Part shown: positions 38,876 through 46,246 of the stretch, piece by piece
How the letters are laid out: every line of letters begins with the position of its first letter
Position numbering within the stretch: the stretch's first letter is position 1
Origin: Lachnospiraceae bacterium
GTDB taxonomy: Bacteria; Bacillota; Clostridia; Lachnospirales; Lachnospiraceae
Reading direction: 5' to 3'
Assembly (NCBI GenBank): GCA_017622575.1
Contig: JAGAQU010000063.1
Span: 16,304-80,303 of the forward strand
DNA length: 64,000 bases
Translations under genes and position numbers: made by a program
The notes under the pieces: generated by a model
What the model saw: only the letters and a program-made list of their open reading frames with translations
Told to the model about the DNA's origin: nothing
Databases searched by the model: none

Positions 38876-39690
38876 ATGGCAGAAAATACGGAATTAATGA
38901 CGGTAGATAATATATATAATCGAGTATATATCATAAGAGGACAGCAAGTTATGCTTGATTATGATTTGGCTGAGATTTATGGGTATGAAGTGAAGCGTTT
39001 GAATGAACAGGTAAAACGTAATATCGCAAGGTTTCCGGAAGATTTTATGTTTCAGCTGACAAAGGATGAGATTCCGGAAAATTTTTCAAAGTCGCAAATT
39101 GCGACTTTGAATGAAAATGGAGATAGAAGGGGAACTAATATAAAAAAATTACCATTTGCATTCACGGAGCAAGGTATTTATATGCTTGCTACAGTTCTCA
39201 GAGGTGAGCTTGCAGAACAAATGAAAATTTTGTTTCAGATAAGGATTTCAAAAATTTTGTTATTTATAAAGGACAAAAGTTCGAAGCAGATGCGGCATAC
39301 ATAGATATATATCAGAAGGCAAAAAAGAGCATTTATGTAGTGGATGATTATGTGAATACAAAAACCTTACAGCTTTTGTCACAGAAGCAAGCTGGCGTGG
39401 AAGTTGTTTTGTTTACAGAAAACGGTCATGGAAAAAGAGGCTTTTTGACAACAGCGGTAGTAAATGACTTTATACAGGAATATCCACCGCTCAGAATTAA
39501 ACCGAACGCAGATTGCCATGACAGATTGATAGTTCTGGATTATGGCTTGCTTACAGAACAAGCATATCATTGTGGTGCATCCAGTAAGGATGCAGGAAAG
39601 AAGCTATGTGCCATAAATGTAATGTTAGAAACAAGTATGATTCATCCGGTGATAGATAAATTACTATTAGCTCCGGATAAACAGATATAG
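38876..39690 (+). pseudogene. ORF6N-domain (KilA-N/Bro-like) protein gene disrupted by a frameshift near 39210-39226
   Basis: The N-terminal part (VMLDYDLAEIYGYEVKRLNEQVKRNIARFPEDFMFQL...AFTEQG) is in frame 2. Sensible sequence continues in frame 1 (ENFVSDKDFKNFVIYKGQKFEADAAYIDIYQKAKKSIYVVDDYVN...). The frame-2 tail is nonsense. Confidence 0.6.
39085..39111. repeat. 27-nt perfect palindrome inside the ORF6N pseudogene
   Basis: TTCAAAGTCGCAA-A-TTGCGACTTTGAA, with 13-bp arms around one central base. Confidence 0.95.
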
Positions 39691-39699
39691 TAATTTTTG

Positions 39700-39879
39700 T
39701 ATCGTGTGTCTGTAGAGAGGTAAAGAGGATACCACTCCGGTAACCGTAACTAAGATTAATCCGGAAGTCATAATGGTATGAATGGATCCGGAGTATGCTT
39801 TCTTAAAAGATTCTTTTACGTCCAGCAGCTTGCGAGATTCGCGGTAGTAATTTGTAAACGAAATACCATAGTCAATGGT
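39700..39879 (-). pseudogene. fragment resembling an MMPL/RND-type transporter segment
   Basis: Minus-strand translation gives IDYGISFTNYYRESRKLLDVKESFKKAYSGSIHTIMTSGLILVTVTGVV. Stop codons lie upstream and there is no start, so this is an internal fragment only. Confidence 0.3.
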
Positions 39880-40185
39880 TGCTTATTGTACTTAATAATA
39901 AGGCAAAGTAGACGAAAAATGATATGTTCCAGAGGAAATGTGTTTTAACTGTGGTGATCACACAGGCAGAAACAGTGTAAAGTATTTTCACTTTTTACCG
40001 ATATACATATAAAGAAAGATTCTCAAAAGGATTTGGGGAATATATACTTCAAGGATGAAGTGACAACTCACACATAATACTTATCTAACTGCCCATTTAT
40101 GAGCAGTCTGTTTTGCTTGTTATCAGATGATCATTTTATCCTTTTTCCCACTATGCGAGAAAACGAAAGAGGGAGAGTGGCAGAC

Positions 40186-40388
40186 ATGGCAGGTAATGTT
40201 TACGGCGTATCAAGTTATCAGCAGACAAATCAGGCATGGAAAAGCAAAAGGAATATGTTGAACTTAAAGCCGATTCGGTGGAAGAGTTAATCAATAAGGT
40301 TTCCGGGTATGAGTATGAGAACTCATATGGAAATACTTTGACTGAGGAAGAGAGTAAGCTTGGCCAGAATTTTGACTTTAAAGGATAA
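40186..40388 (+). other. two overlapping small ORFs (34 aa from ATG 40186; 50 aa from ATG 40236), possibly one frameshifted small gene
   Basis: GGGAGAG Shine-Dalgarno sequence 8 nt before ATG 40186. The second ORF (MEKQKEYVELKADSVEELINKVSGYEYENSYGNTLTEEESKLGQNFDFKG) has no Shine-Dalgarno sequence of its own and is in the -1 frame. Confidence 0.3.
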
Positions 40389-40411
40389 CTGTCTTTGGAG
40401 AGGAGTGCATC

Positions 40412-41005
40412 ATGAAACTGAAAGAAGCAATTCCAATGTATCAGGGATATCGTCAGAGGCTGGTGGACCAGACCAGAGCTCTTGTGAAGCAGAGAGATGC
40501 GGCACAGAAAAAGTTTGAAGCAACCGGTGATAAGGCGTGGGAAGAGGAGGCTGCTTCCCTGCAGCTTTCCGTACTCGCATCTAATGAAGAATTTAACAAA
40601 AACCAGGAGGTGCTGGATGGTCTTGTGGAGCAGCATGCTTTGGCATGGAACAGTGAAGTGAACAGAGCACTTGCCGATCCGGAGACCGGAATGGCGGCAA
40701 CTCTTGGCAAAATCATGACCACGATTGCCAGAATGTGCGCCGGAGATAAGGTTCCCTATTCTGATGAGAAGAAGGTCATGGAATATGACGATGAACTGTA
40801 TGCAAGGGTAAAGCAGGCACAGATGACCATGGCAGCCATGAAAAAGAAGCAGAAGGAATACGATTCTTTATGGGACGATGAAGAGGGTGGAGAGTATGAC
40901 CCTGAAGGAGTGGCAGATAATACGGAAGCTGCCGGAGACCTTCCGGAGATTCCGCCTGTAGAGCCGGCGGAAGGAACTGAGGCTTCCGCGGATATAGAAG
41001 TTTGA
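40412..41005 (+). CDS. hypothetical helical protein with an acidic C-terminal tail (197 aa)
   Basis: GGAGAGGAG Shine-Dalgarno sequence and coding-like composition. No family recognised. Confidence 0.55.
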   Translation: MKLKEAIPMYQGYRQRLVDQTRALVKQRDAAQKKFEATGDKAWEEEAASLQLSVLASNEEFNKNQEVLDGLVEQHALAWNSEVNRALADPETGMAATLGKIMTTIARMCAGDKVPYSDEKKVMEYDDELYARVKQAQMTMAAMKKKQKEYDSLWDDEEGGEYDPEGVADNTEAAGDLPEIPPVEPAEGTEASADIEV

Positions 41006-41082
41006 GAGTATAAAAACATTATGCATTTGTAAGGTTATTTATTTTATTTATATGTCGATATATCATTCAAAGCATGGAAGCG

Positions 41083-41124
41083 CACTGATTCAAAGGATTG
41101 AACTCTTTTGAATCAGTGTTTTTT
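41083..41124 (+). terminator. intrinsic terminator after the 197-aa gene
   Basis: CACTGATTCAAA / TTTGAATCAGTG 12-bp stem with a 12-nt loop, then TTTTTT. Confidence 0.8.
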
Positions 41125-41130
41125 GTTGTA

Positions 41131-41164
41131 GTGAATGACAGATGAAAGTGAATGACAGATGACC
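41131..41164 (+). repeat. tandem direct repeat, 2 x 17 bp (GTGAATGACAGATGA + 2 nt)
   Basis: gtgaatgacagatgaaa gtgaatgacagatgacc, located between the terminator and the RBS of the next gene. Confidence 0.9.
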
Positions 41165-41179
41165 GCGGAAAGGAGTAAA

Positions 41180-42208
41180 ATGGAAGTTAATACACAGATT
41201 GCAAATGGATACTATTCTGCATACAGATCCACCAAAAGAGTTGATGTAAAGGAGATGTCTGCTTTTACACTGAAAACAGATTGTGACAGCAGTGCTTTTG
41301 ACCAAACAATTTCCGAAACAAAGTCATTAGGAATTGGATTCCTGTTTGTTGGCGACCATGGATATGGGATGAGTGCCGAACAGATATTGAACGGTGATTC
41401 CGATGACATATTGGTCAGAGTGAAGATTACAAAAGGCGAGAACAATTTTGAGACTTACGATGTTAATTTATCTGAGGTGGATACGGGTAGCGCAACAGTG
41501 ATAGAAATGTTTGCTTTATGCCAGTACGCCGATGCGAACGGAACCGGAGTGAACAGCACATGGGGAAGCTTTCATGCACTGAAGACGTTTTCTACACCGT
41601 TTGGAGAAAGACTGGAGTATTCCTCTTTGGAGGAAGCGGTATCTGAGAAAAGAAATTGGGGGAAAGCCCTCTCTGAGTCTAAGCTTACACTGGAAAAACA
41701 ATCAACAGGTGAAACTTTAAGTGCGGCTGATGTGTTTAAGATGCTGAAGGATACTATGCTGGAAGCACATAAGCTGACGAAGGAAAATATAAAAAGGGAA
41801 GGCGACATTAGGAAAATGTCAGAGGATCAGTGGGATAAACTGATAGCATATGTAGATAAGTATATAGATGACCGTAAGAAAGAACTGGAAAGGTTGAAGG
41901 AACTGCAGGAAGAAGCTATTATGAAAGGTGCTGCAAGTGCCTCTGCGGATACAAAAACAATTGCCGCATCTAAGGCTGCGCTTATTGCTGCAGCCAATGG
42001 GATAGTGGGAGAAGCACCGGATGTTTTGTCAAAGGCTCAGGAACTGGCATTAACCGGTGATACCACAGCAGGTATCAGTGAAACAGAAAATGCTAAAGAG
42101 TGCGCAACTCTGGACGAGAGAGATGGGAATACAAAAATCAGGAAGATTGTCAGAAGGGCAGGATCAAAAAGCTTCTGGGAGGCTTTTCTCTCGGGGGAGA
42201 TCCAATGA
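41180..42208 (+). CDS. hypothetical protein (342 aa): N-terminal globular domain plus C-terminal coiled-coil/Ala-rich region
   Basis: AAAGGAG Shine-Dalgarno sequence before ATG 41180. The stop TGA overlaps the yaaA ATG (ATGA at 42205-42208). No family recognised. Confidence 0.55.
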   Translation: MEVNTQIANGYYSAYRSTKRVDVKEMSAFTLKTDCDSSAFDQTISETKSLGIGFLFVGDHGYGMSAEQILNGDSDDILVRVKITKGENNFETYDVNLSEVDTGSATVIEMFALCQYADANGTGVNSTWGSFHALKTFSTPFGERLEYSSLEEAVSEKRNWGKALSESKLTLEKQSTGETLSAADVFKMLKDTMLEAHKLTKENIKREGDIRKMSEDQWDKLIAYVDKYIDDRKKELERLKELQEEAIMKGAASASADTKTIAASKAALIAAANGIVGEAPDVLSKAQELALTGDTTAGISETENAKECATLDERDGNTKIRKIVRRAGSKSFWEAFLSGEIQ

Positions 42209-42963
42209 AAATAATATTGTCACCGGCGAAGAAAATGAATATTAGTAAGGACATCATCGCGCCACTCGGAATGCCGAAGTATCTGGATAAAACGGAGCAG
42301 ATCCTTTCATGGATGAAGGCAAAGAGCGAGGCGGAACTTAAGAAACTGTGGGGATGCAACGAGAAGATAGCGAAAGTTAATTGTGAAAGAATCCGGCATA
42401 TGGATCTATATCATGGCTTAACCCCTGCCGTACTTGCTTATGAGGGCCTTGCCTATCAATATATGGCACCGGCTGTATTTGAGGATGGCCATTTTGCGTA
42501 TGTTCAGGAACATTTGCGGATTCTTTCGGCTTTTTACGGTGTGCTTCGTGCAATGGATGGGGTTACCCCATACAGACTGGAAATGCAGGCAAAAGCATCT
42601 GTCTGCGGCTGCAAGGATTTGTATGCATTTTGGGGAAGAAGCATCTATGATGCCGTCAGAGATGATGATGGTATCATCATTAATCTTGCCTCAAAGGAAT
42701 ATGCTAAATGCGTCGAGAAATATCTGGAAAAGGACAATAAATTCATAACCATATCTTTTGTTGAAAAATCAGGAGACAAACTGCTCACGAAAGGAACCTA
42801 TGCCAAGATGGCCAGAGGTGAAATGGTTCGCTATATGGCAGAAATGCATATGAGGAACCCGGAGGAAATTAAGAAGTTTGACAGGCTCGGATATGTTTTT
42901 AGAGAAGATTTGTCATCAGAGGCGGAGTATGTTTTTGAGAGAAGGGAAGGAAAACAGACATGA
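42205..42963 (+). CDS. yaaA: peroxide stress protein YaaA (UPF0246/DUF328)
   Basis: MKIILSPAKKM N-terminus with family-typical length and segments. Confidence 0.85.
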   Translation: MKIILSPAKKMNISKDIIAPLGMPKYLDKTEQILSWMKAKSEAELKKLWGCNEKIAKVNCERIRHMDLYHGLTPAVLAYEGLAYQYMAPAVFEDGHFAYVQEHLRILSAFYGVLRAMDGVTPYRLEMQAKASVCGCKDLYAFWGRSIYDAVRDDDGIIINLASKEYAKCVEKYLEKDNKFITISFVEKSGDKLLTKGTYAKMARGEMVRYMAEMHMRNPEEIKKFDRLGYVFREDLSSEAEYVFERREGKQT

Positions 42964-43394
42964 TCAGAGAAATAATGAATGAGGATTACGAAGGATTGAT
43001 GAAACTGTATATGCAGCTTCATGATAATCCTTTCCCTGAAAAAGACAGCAAAGTGGAAGCACTGTGGAACAGAATTTTGGAGGATAAGGATCATCATATT
43101 ATTGTAGCCGTAGAAGATGGGAAAATCGCAGCCTCCTGTGTCTGCGTGATTATTCCCAATCTGACACATGGTCAGAGACCTTATGCTTTGATCGAGAATG
43201 TGATCACCGACGAGGCATTCAGAAAGAGGGGACTAGCAACAGCCTGCCTCAACTATGCAAGGGAAATTGCAGTCAGGGAAAACTGTTACAAGATGATGCT
43301 GCTCACCGGTTCCAAAGAGGAGAGTACTTTGAAATTTTATGAGCAGGCGGGGTACAACAGAAAGGATAAAACAGCGTTTATCCAATGGATATAA
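42960..43394 (+). CDS. GNAT family N-acetyltransferase
   Basis: 144 aa. Acetyl-CoA binding segment (FRKRGLATACL). ATGA overlap with yaaA. Confidence 0.8.
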   Translation: MIREIMNEDYEGLMKLYMQLHDNPFPEKDSKVEALWNRILEDKDHHIIVAVEDGKIAASCVCVIIPNLTHGQRPYALIENVITDEAFRKRGLATACLNYAREIAVRENCYKMMLLTGSKEESTLKFYEQAGYNRKDKTAFIQWI

Positions 43395-43446
43395 TGTCAC
43401 TTATGCCGTGATTTTGGAGAATAAGTGAGTGAGAAAGGAGCCGTTT

Positions 43447-44325
43447 ATGAACAGCTTAATGGTAGCATTATTACAGATTTTGCCGGAAAAAACTTTGGAG
43501 CAAAACAGGCAGAAAGGCTTTACTTATTGTAAAAAGGCAAAGGAAATGGGAGCGGACATTGCACTGTTTCCGGAAATGTGGAGCGTGGGATACAGTATTC
43601 CGGAGGATGTGAATGAATTGAAGGCAAGTGCAGTCTCGGCGGACAGTGTATTTGTGAATTCTTTCGGAGAACTTGCCAGAGAACTGCAGATGGCCATCGG
43701 TATTACCTTTTTGGAAGAATATGAACCCTTACCGAGAAATACCTTGTGTTTGTTTGACCGATTTGGGGAAAGGAAACTTGTCTATGCAAAGGTACATACC
43801 TGTGACTTTGGAGAAGAATGCAGATTGACTCCGGGTGATGATTTCTATGTGACGGAGCTCGATACTGCACAGGGCAATGTGAAAATAGGCGCCATGATCT
43901 GCTATGACAGAGAGTTTCCGGAGAGTGCAAGAATCTTAATGTTAAAGGGTGCGGAGATTATTCTGGTGCCCAATGCCTGCCCTATGGAAATCAACCGGCT
44001 TTCCCAGCTGCGTGCCCGTGCCTATGAAAATATGGTAGGGATTGCAACCGTAAATTATCCTTACGGACAGCCTGATTGCAACGGCCATTCCTCCGCCTTT
44101 GACGGTATTGCCTACAGACCGAAAGACTTTGGTTCCCGGGATACACTGGTTATTGAGGCAGGGGAGAGGGAAGGAATCTATATGGCAGACTTCCCACTTG
44201 AGGAAATCAGAGAGTACAGAAGCAGGGAAGTGCACGGTAATGCGTACAGACATCCGAAAAAGTATAAGCAGTTGCTTTCTGAAGAAATTCAGGAACCTTT
44301 TATCAGAGAGGATTATAGACGTTAA
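43447..44325 (+). CDS. carbon-nitrogen hydrolase (nitrilase superfamily) protein
   Basis: Glu-Lys-Cys triad context (LFPEMW, AKVH, GAMICYDREFPE). Confidence 0.8.
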   Translation: MNSLMVALLQILPEKTLEQNRQKGFTYCKKAKEMGADIALFPEMWSVGYSIPEDVNELKASAVSADSVFVNSFGELARELQMAIGITFLEEYEPLPRNTLCLFDRFGERKLVYAKVHTCDFGEECRLTPGDDFYVTELDTAQGNVKIGAMICYDREFPESARILMLKGAEIILVPNACPMEINRLSQLRARAYENMVGIATVNYPYGQPDCNGHSSAFDGIAYRPKDFGSRDTLVIEAGEREGIYMADFPLEEIREYRSREVHGNAYRHPKKYKQLLSEEIQEPFIREDYRR

Positions 44326-44339
44326 TCATAGTGATGAAT

Positions 44340-44376
44340 AAAGAAAAGTCTCCTATTGTCAAGGAGACTTTTCTTT
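44340..44376. terminator. intrinsic terminator (symmetrical A/T flanks)
   Basis: AAAGAAAAGTCTCC / GGAGACTTTTCTTT 14-bp stem with a 9-nt loop. Confidence 0.8.
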
Positions 44377-44384
44377 GTCCAATA

Positions 44385-44404
44385 AGACGACTCGCAAAGC
44401 GTGT
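44385..44404. repeat. 20-nt motif AGACGACTCGCAAAGCGTGT, copy A (exact second copy at 54985-55004)
   Basis: Exact 20/20 identity in the same orientation. Similarity extends for 9 more nt with 3 mismatches. The motif contains the imperfect palindrome ACTCGC-AAA-GCGTGT. Confidence 0.9.
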
Positions 44405-44495
44405 CGCCGTTTGATGACAGCATCTTAATTGTTATTCAAAATTGAAATCTATAAAAATTCTGGTATAAACAGTTCACAGAATTTTCACAAAATAA

Positions 44496-44522
44496 TTAGC
44501 ACTCACCTATTGACAGTGCTAA
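44496..44522 (+). promoter_or_regulatory. CIRCE (HrcA operator) upstream of hsp20
   Basis: TTAGCACTC-N9-CAGTGCTAA, one mismatch to the consensus TTAGCACTC-N9-GAGTGCTAA. Confidence 0.85.
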
Positions 44523-44538
44523 TAATACGTGTTATATT
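44510..44538 (+). promoter_or_regulatory. sigma-A promoter of hsp20 overlapping CIRCE
   Basis: TTGACA, 17-nt spacer, TATATT with TGT upstream. The -35 element lies inside the CIRCE element. Confidence 0.7.
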
Positions 44539-44639
44539 ACAACTAGAACAAGGGAGAAGAAAAGAAATAATCAATTCGGATCCCGGATAAAATAGTTATA
44601 AATGGCATTTATGTCAATAAAAGAATGGAGGAATGACTT

Positions 44640-45077
44640 ATGTTAATGCCTAGTATTTTTGGAGAAAACGTATTTGATGATTGGATGGATTTTTCATTTC
44701 CTGATATTGATAAGAAGCTTTACGGGAAACACGCAAAGAATGTAATGAAAACTGATATCAGGGAAATGGATGACAGCTATGAGGTTGTAATCGATCTGCC
44801 CGGATTTAAAAAAGACGAAATCGAGGTTCAGCTGGAAAACGGATATCTGACAATATCCGCTGCCAAGGGACTTGACAAGGATGAGACTGATAAGCAGGGC
44901 AAGTACCTTCGTCAGGAGCGTTATGCAGGTTCCATGAGCAGAAGCTTTTATGTAGGCGAGGATATCACGGAAGAAGACATTCACGGTAAGTTTGAAAATG
45001 GTATTCTGAAGCTGGATATTCCTAAGGTTGAAGCTAAGAAAGTAGAACAGAAAAAGCATATAGCAATTGAAGGCTAA
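44640..45077 (+). CDS. Hsp20/alpha-crystallin family small heat-shock protein
   Basis: 145 aa. MKTDIREMDDSYEVVIDLPGFKKDEI and a C-terminal GILKLDIPK. Confidence 0.9.
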   Translation: MLMPSIFGENVFDDWMDFSFPDIDKKLYGKHAKNVMKTDIREMDDSYEVVIDLPGFKKDEIEVQLENGYLTISAAKGLDKDETDKQGKYLRQERYAGSMSRSFYVGEDITEEDIHGKFENGILKLDIPKVEAKKVEQKKHIAIEG

Positions 45078-45088
45078 TGCATATTTCC

Positions 45089-45120
45089 TGCCCCGGGAGT
45101 TATCCCGGGGCAATTTTTTT
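45089..45120 (+). terminator. intrinsic terminator after hsp20
   Basis: TGCCCCGGGA / TCCCGGGGCA 10-bp stem with a 4-nt loop, followed by ATTTTTTT. Confidence 0.85.
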
Positions 45121-45166
45121 AGAACTATCGAAACATTTGCTCTCATGAGAAAGCAGGGTGATGGTA

Positions 45167-46132
45167 ATGAGCGGGAAAAGAGATTATTATGATGTCCTTG
45201 GTATTGACAAAAAAGCGGATGAAGCAGCGATAAAGAAGGCTTACAGAAAACTTGCCAAAAAATATCATCCTGATACCAATGCAGGGGATCCTGAGGCGGA
45301 AGAAAAATTTAAAGAAGTAACGGAAGCTTATAATGTACTGAGTGATAAAGAAAAGAAAAAACTTTATGATCAGTTTGGACATGCAGCTTTTGAAGAAGGC
45401 GCCGGCGATCCGCATTTCCATGAAAATGCGCAGGGAGGTTATCAGGAGTTTCACTTTAACGGAAGCGATGTTGATCTGGATGATTTGTTTGGTGAAATAT
45501 TTGGACATGGCGGCGGCTTTGGCAGTAGTCACTTCGGTACTGATCGCAGCTTCGGAAACAGTCATTTCAGTGGGAACTCATGGCAAGGAAGTTACGGAAA
45601 AAAAGGACAGGATGCGGAAGCTTCGGTGGAGGTCAGTTTTGAGGAAGCAGCGCTGGGATGTGATAAGCTGATTCATTTTCGCAATCCGGATGGTTCCACG
45701 GAGTCTTTGCAGGTGCACATTCCTGCCGGAATAGATTCCGGACAAAAGGTAAGACTGAAAGGAAAAGGAATGCCGGGGAGAAATGGCGGAGAAAACGGCA
45801 ATCTACTCCTCGAAGTGAAGATAAGGGAAAACGCATCCTATGAAAGAAAAGGCATGGATGTCTATTCTACTGTCAATGTTCCCTTTATCACGGCAGCCCT
45901 TGGCGGTGAAGTGATTGTGGACACCCTTTACGGCAAAGTCAGCTGTAAGATTAAGGAAGGCACACAGTCGGGAACAAAGATAAGGCTTCGCGGAAAAGGA
46001 ATCGTTTCCATGAAAAATCCTTCCGTAAAGGGCGATCATTATGTGATCGTACAGATACTGGTGCCGAGACATTTAAATCCTGAGGCAAAAAGAAAACTGA
46101 AGGAGTTCAGTGATGCTTTGCGAGTAGCATAA
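45167..46132 (+). CDS. J-domain co-chaperone lacking the zinc-finger domain (class II / CbpA-like)
   Basis: J-domain (DYYDVLGI...YHPD), a Gly/Phe-rich region, then DnaJ C-terminal domains. No CxxCxGxG repeats are present. Confidence 0.8.
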   Translation: MSGKRDYYDVLGIDKKADEAAIKKAYRKLAKKYHPDTNAGDPEAEEKFKEVTEAYNVLSDKEKKKLYDQFGHAAFEEGAGDPHFHENAQGGYQEFHFNGSDVDLDDLFGEIFGHGGGFGSSHFGTDRSFGNSHFSGNSWQGSYGKKGQDAEASVEVSFEEAALGCDKLIHFRNPDGSTESLQVHIPAGIDSGQKVRLKGKGMPGRNGGENGNLLLEVKIRENASYERKGMDVYSTVNVPFITAALGGEVIVDTLYGKVSCKIKEGTQSGTKIRLRGKGIVSMKNPSVKGDHYVIVQILVPRHLNPEAKRKLKEFSDALRVA

Positions 46133-46170
46133 AGATAAAAAGTATAGTTTATAAATTTTTAATAAAAACA

Positions 46171-46197
46171 TTAGCACTCATCATTGACGAGTGCTAA
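46171..46197 (+). promoter_or_regulatory. CIRCE (HrcA operator) upstream of clpB
   Basis: Perfect TTAGCACTC-N9-GAGTGCTAA. Confidence 0.9.
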
Positions 46198-46212
46198 CAA
46201 TGGTGCTATAGT
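46184..46212 (+). promoter_or_regulatory. sigma-A promoter of clpB overlapping CIRCE
   Basis: TTGACG, 17-nt spacer, TATAGT. The geometry is the same as at hsp20. Confidence 0.7.
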
Positions 46213-46246
46213 CTAGCTAGAACAACTTAGAAAGTGAGGAGTGCTT

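Noticed and set aside
42100-42204. An extended YaaA N-terminus starting at 42100.
   Set aside because: The extension overlaps the 342-aa gene in another frame. Members of the YaaA family begin with MKIILSPAKKM, which matches ATG 42205.
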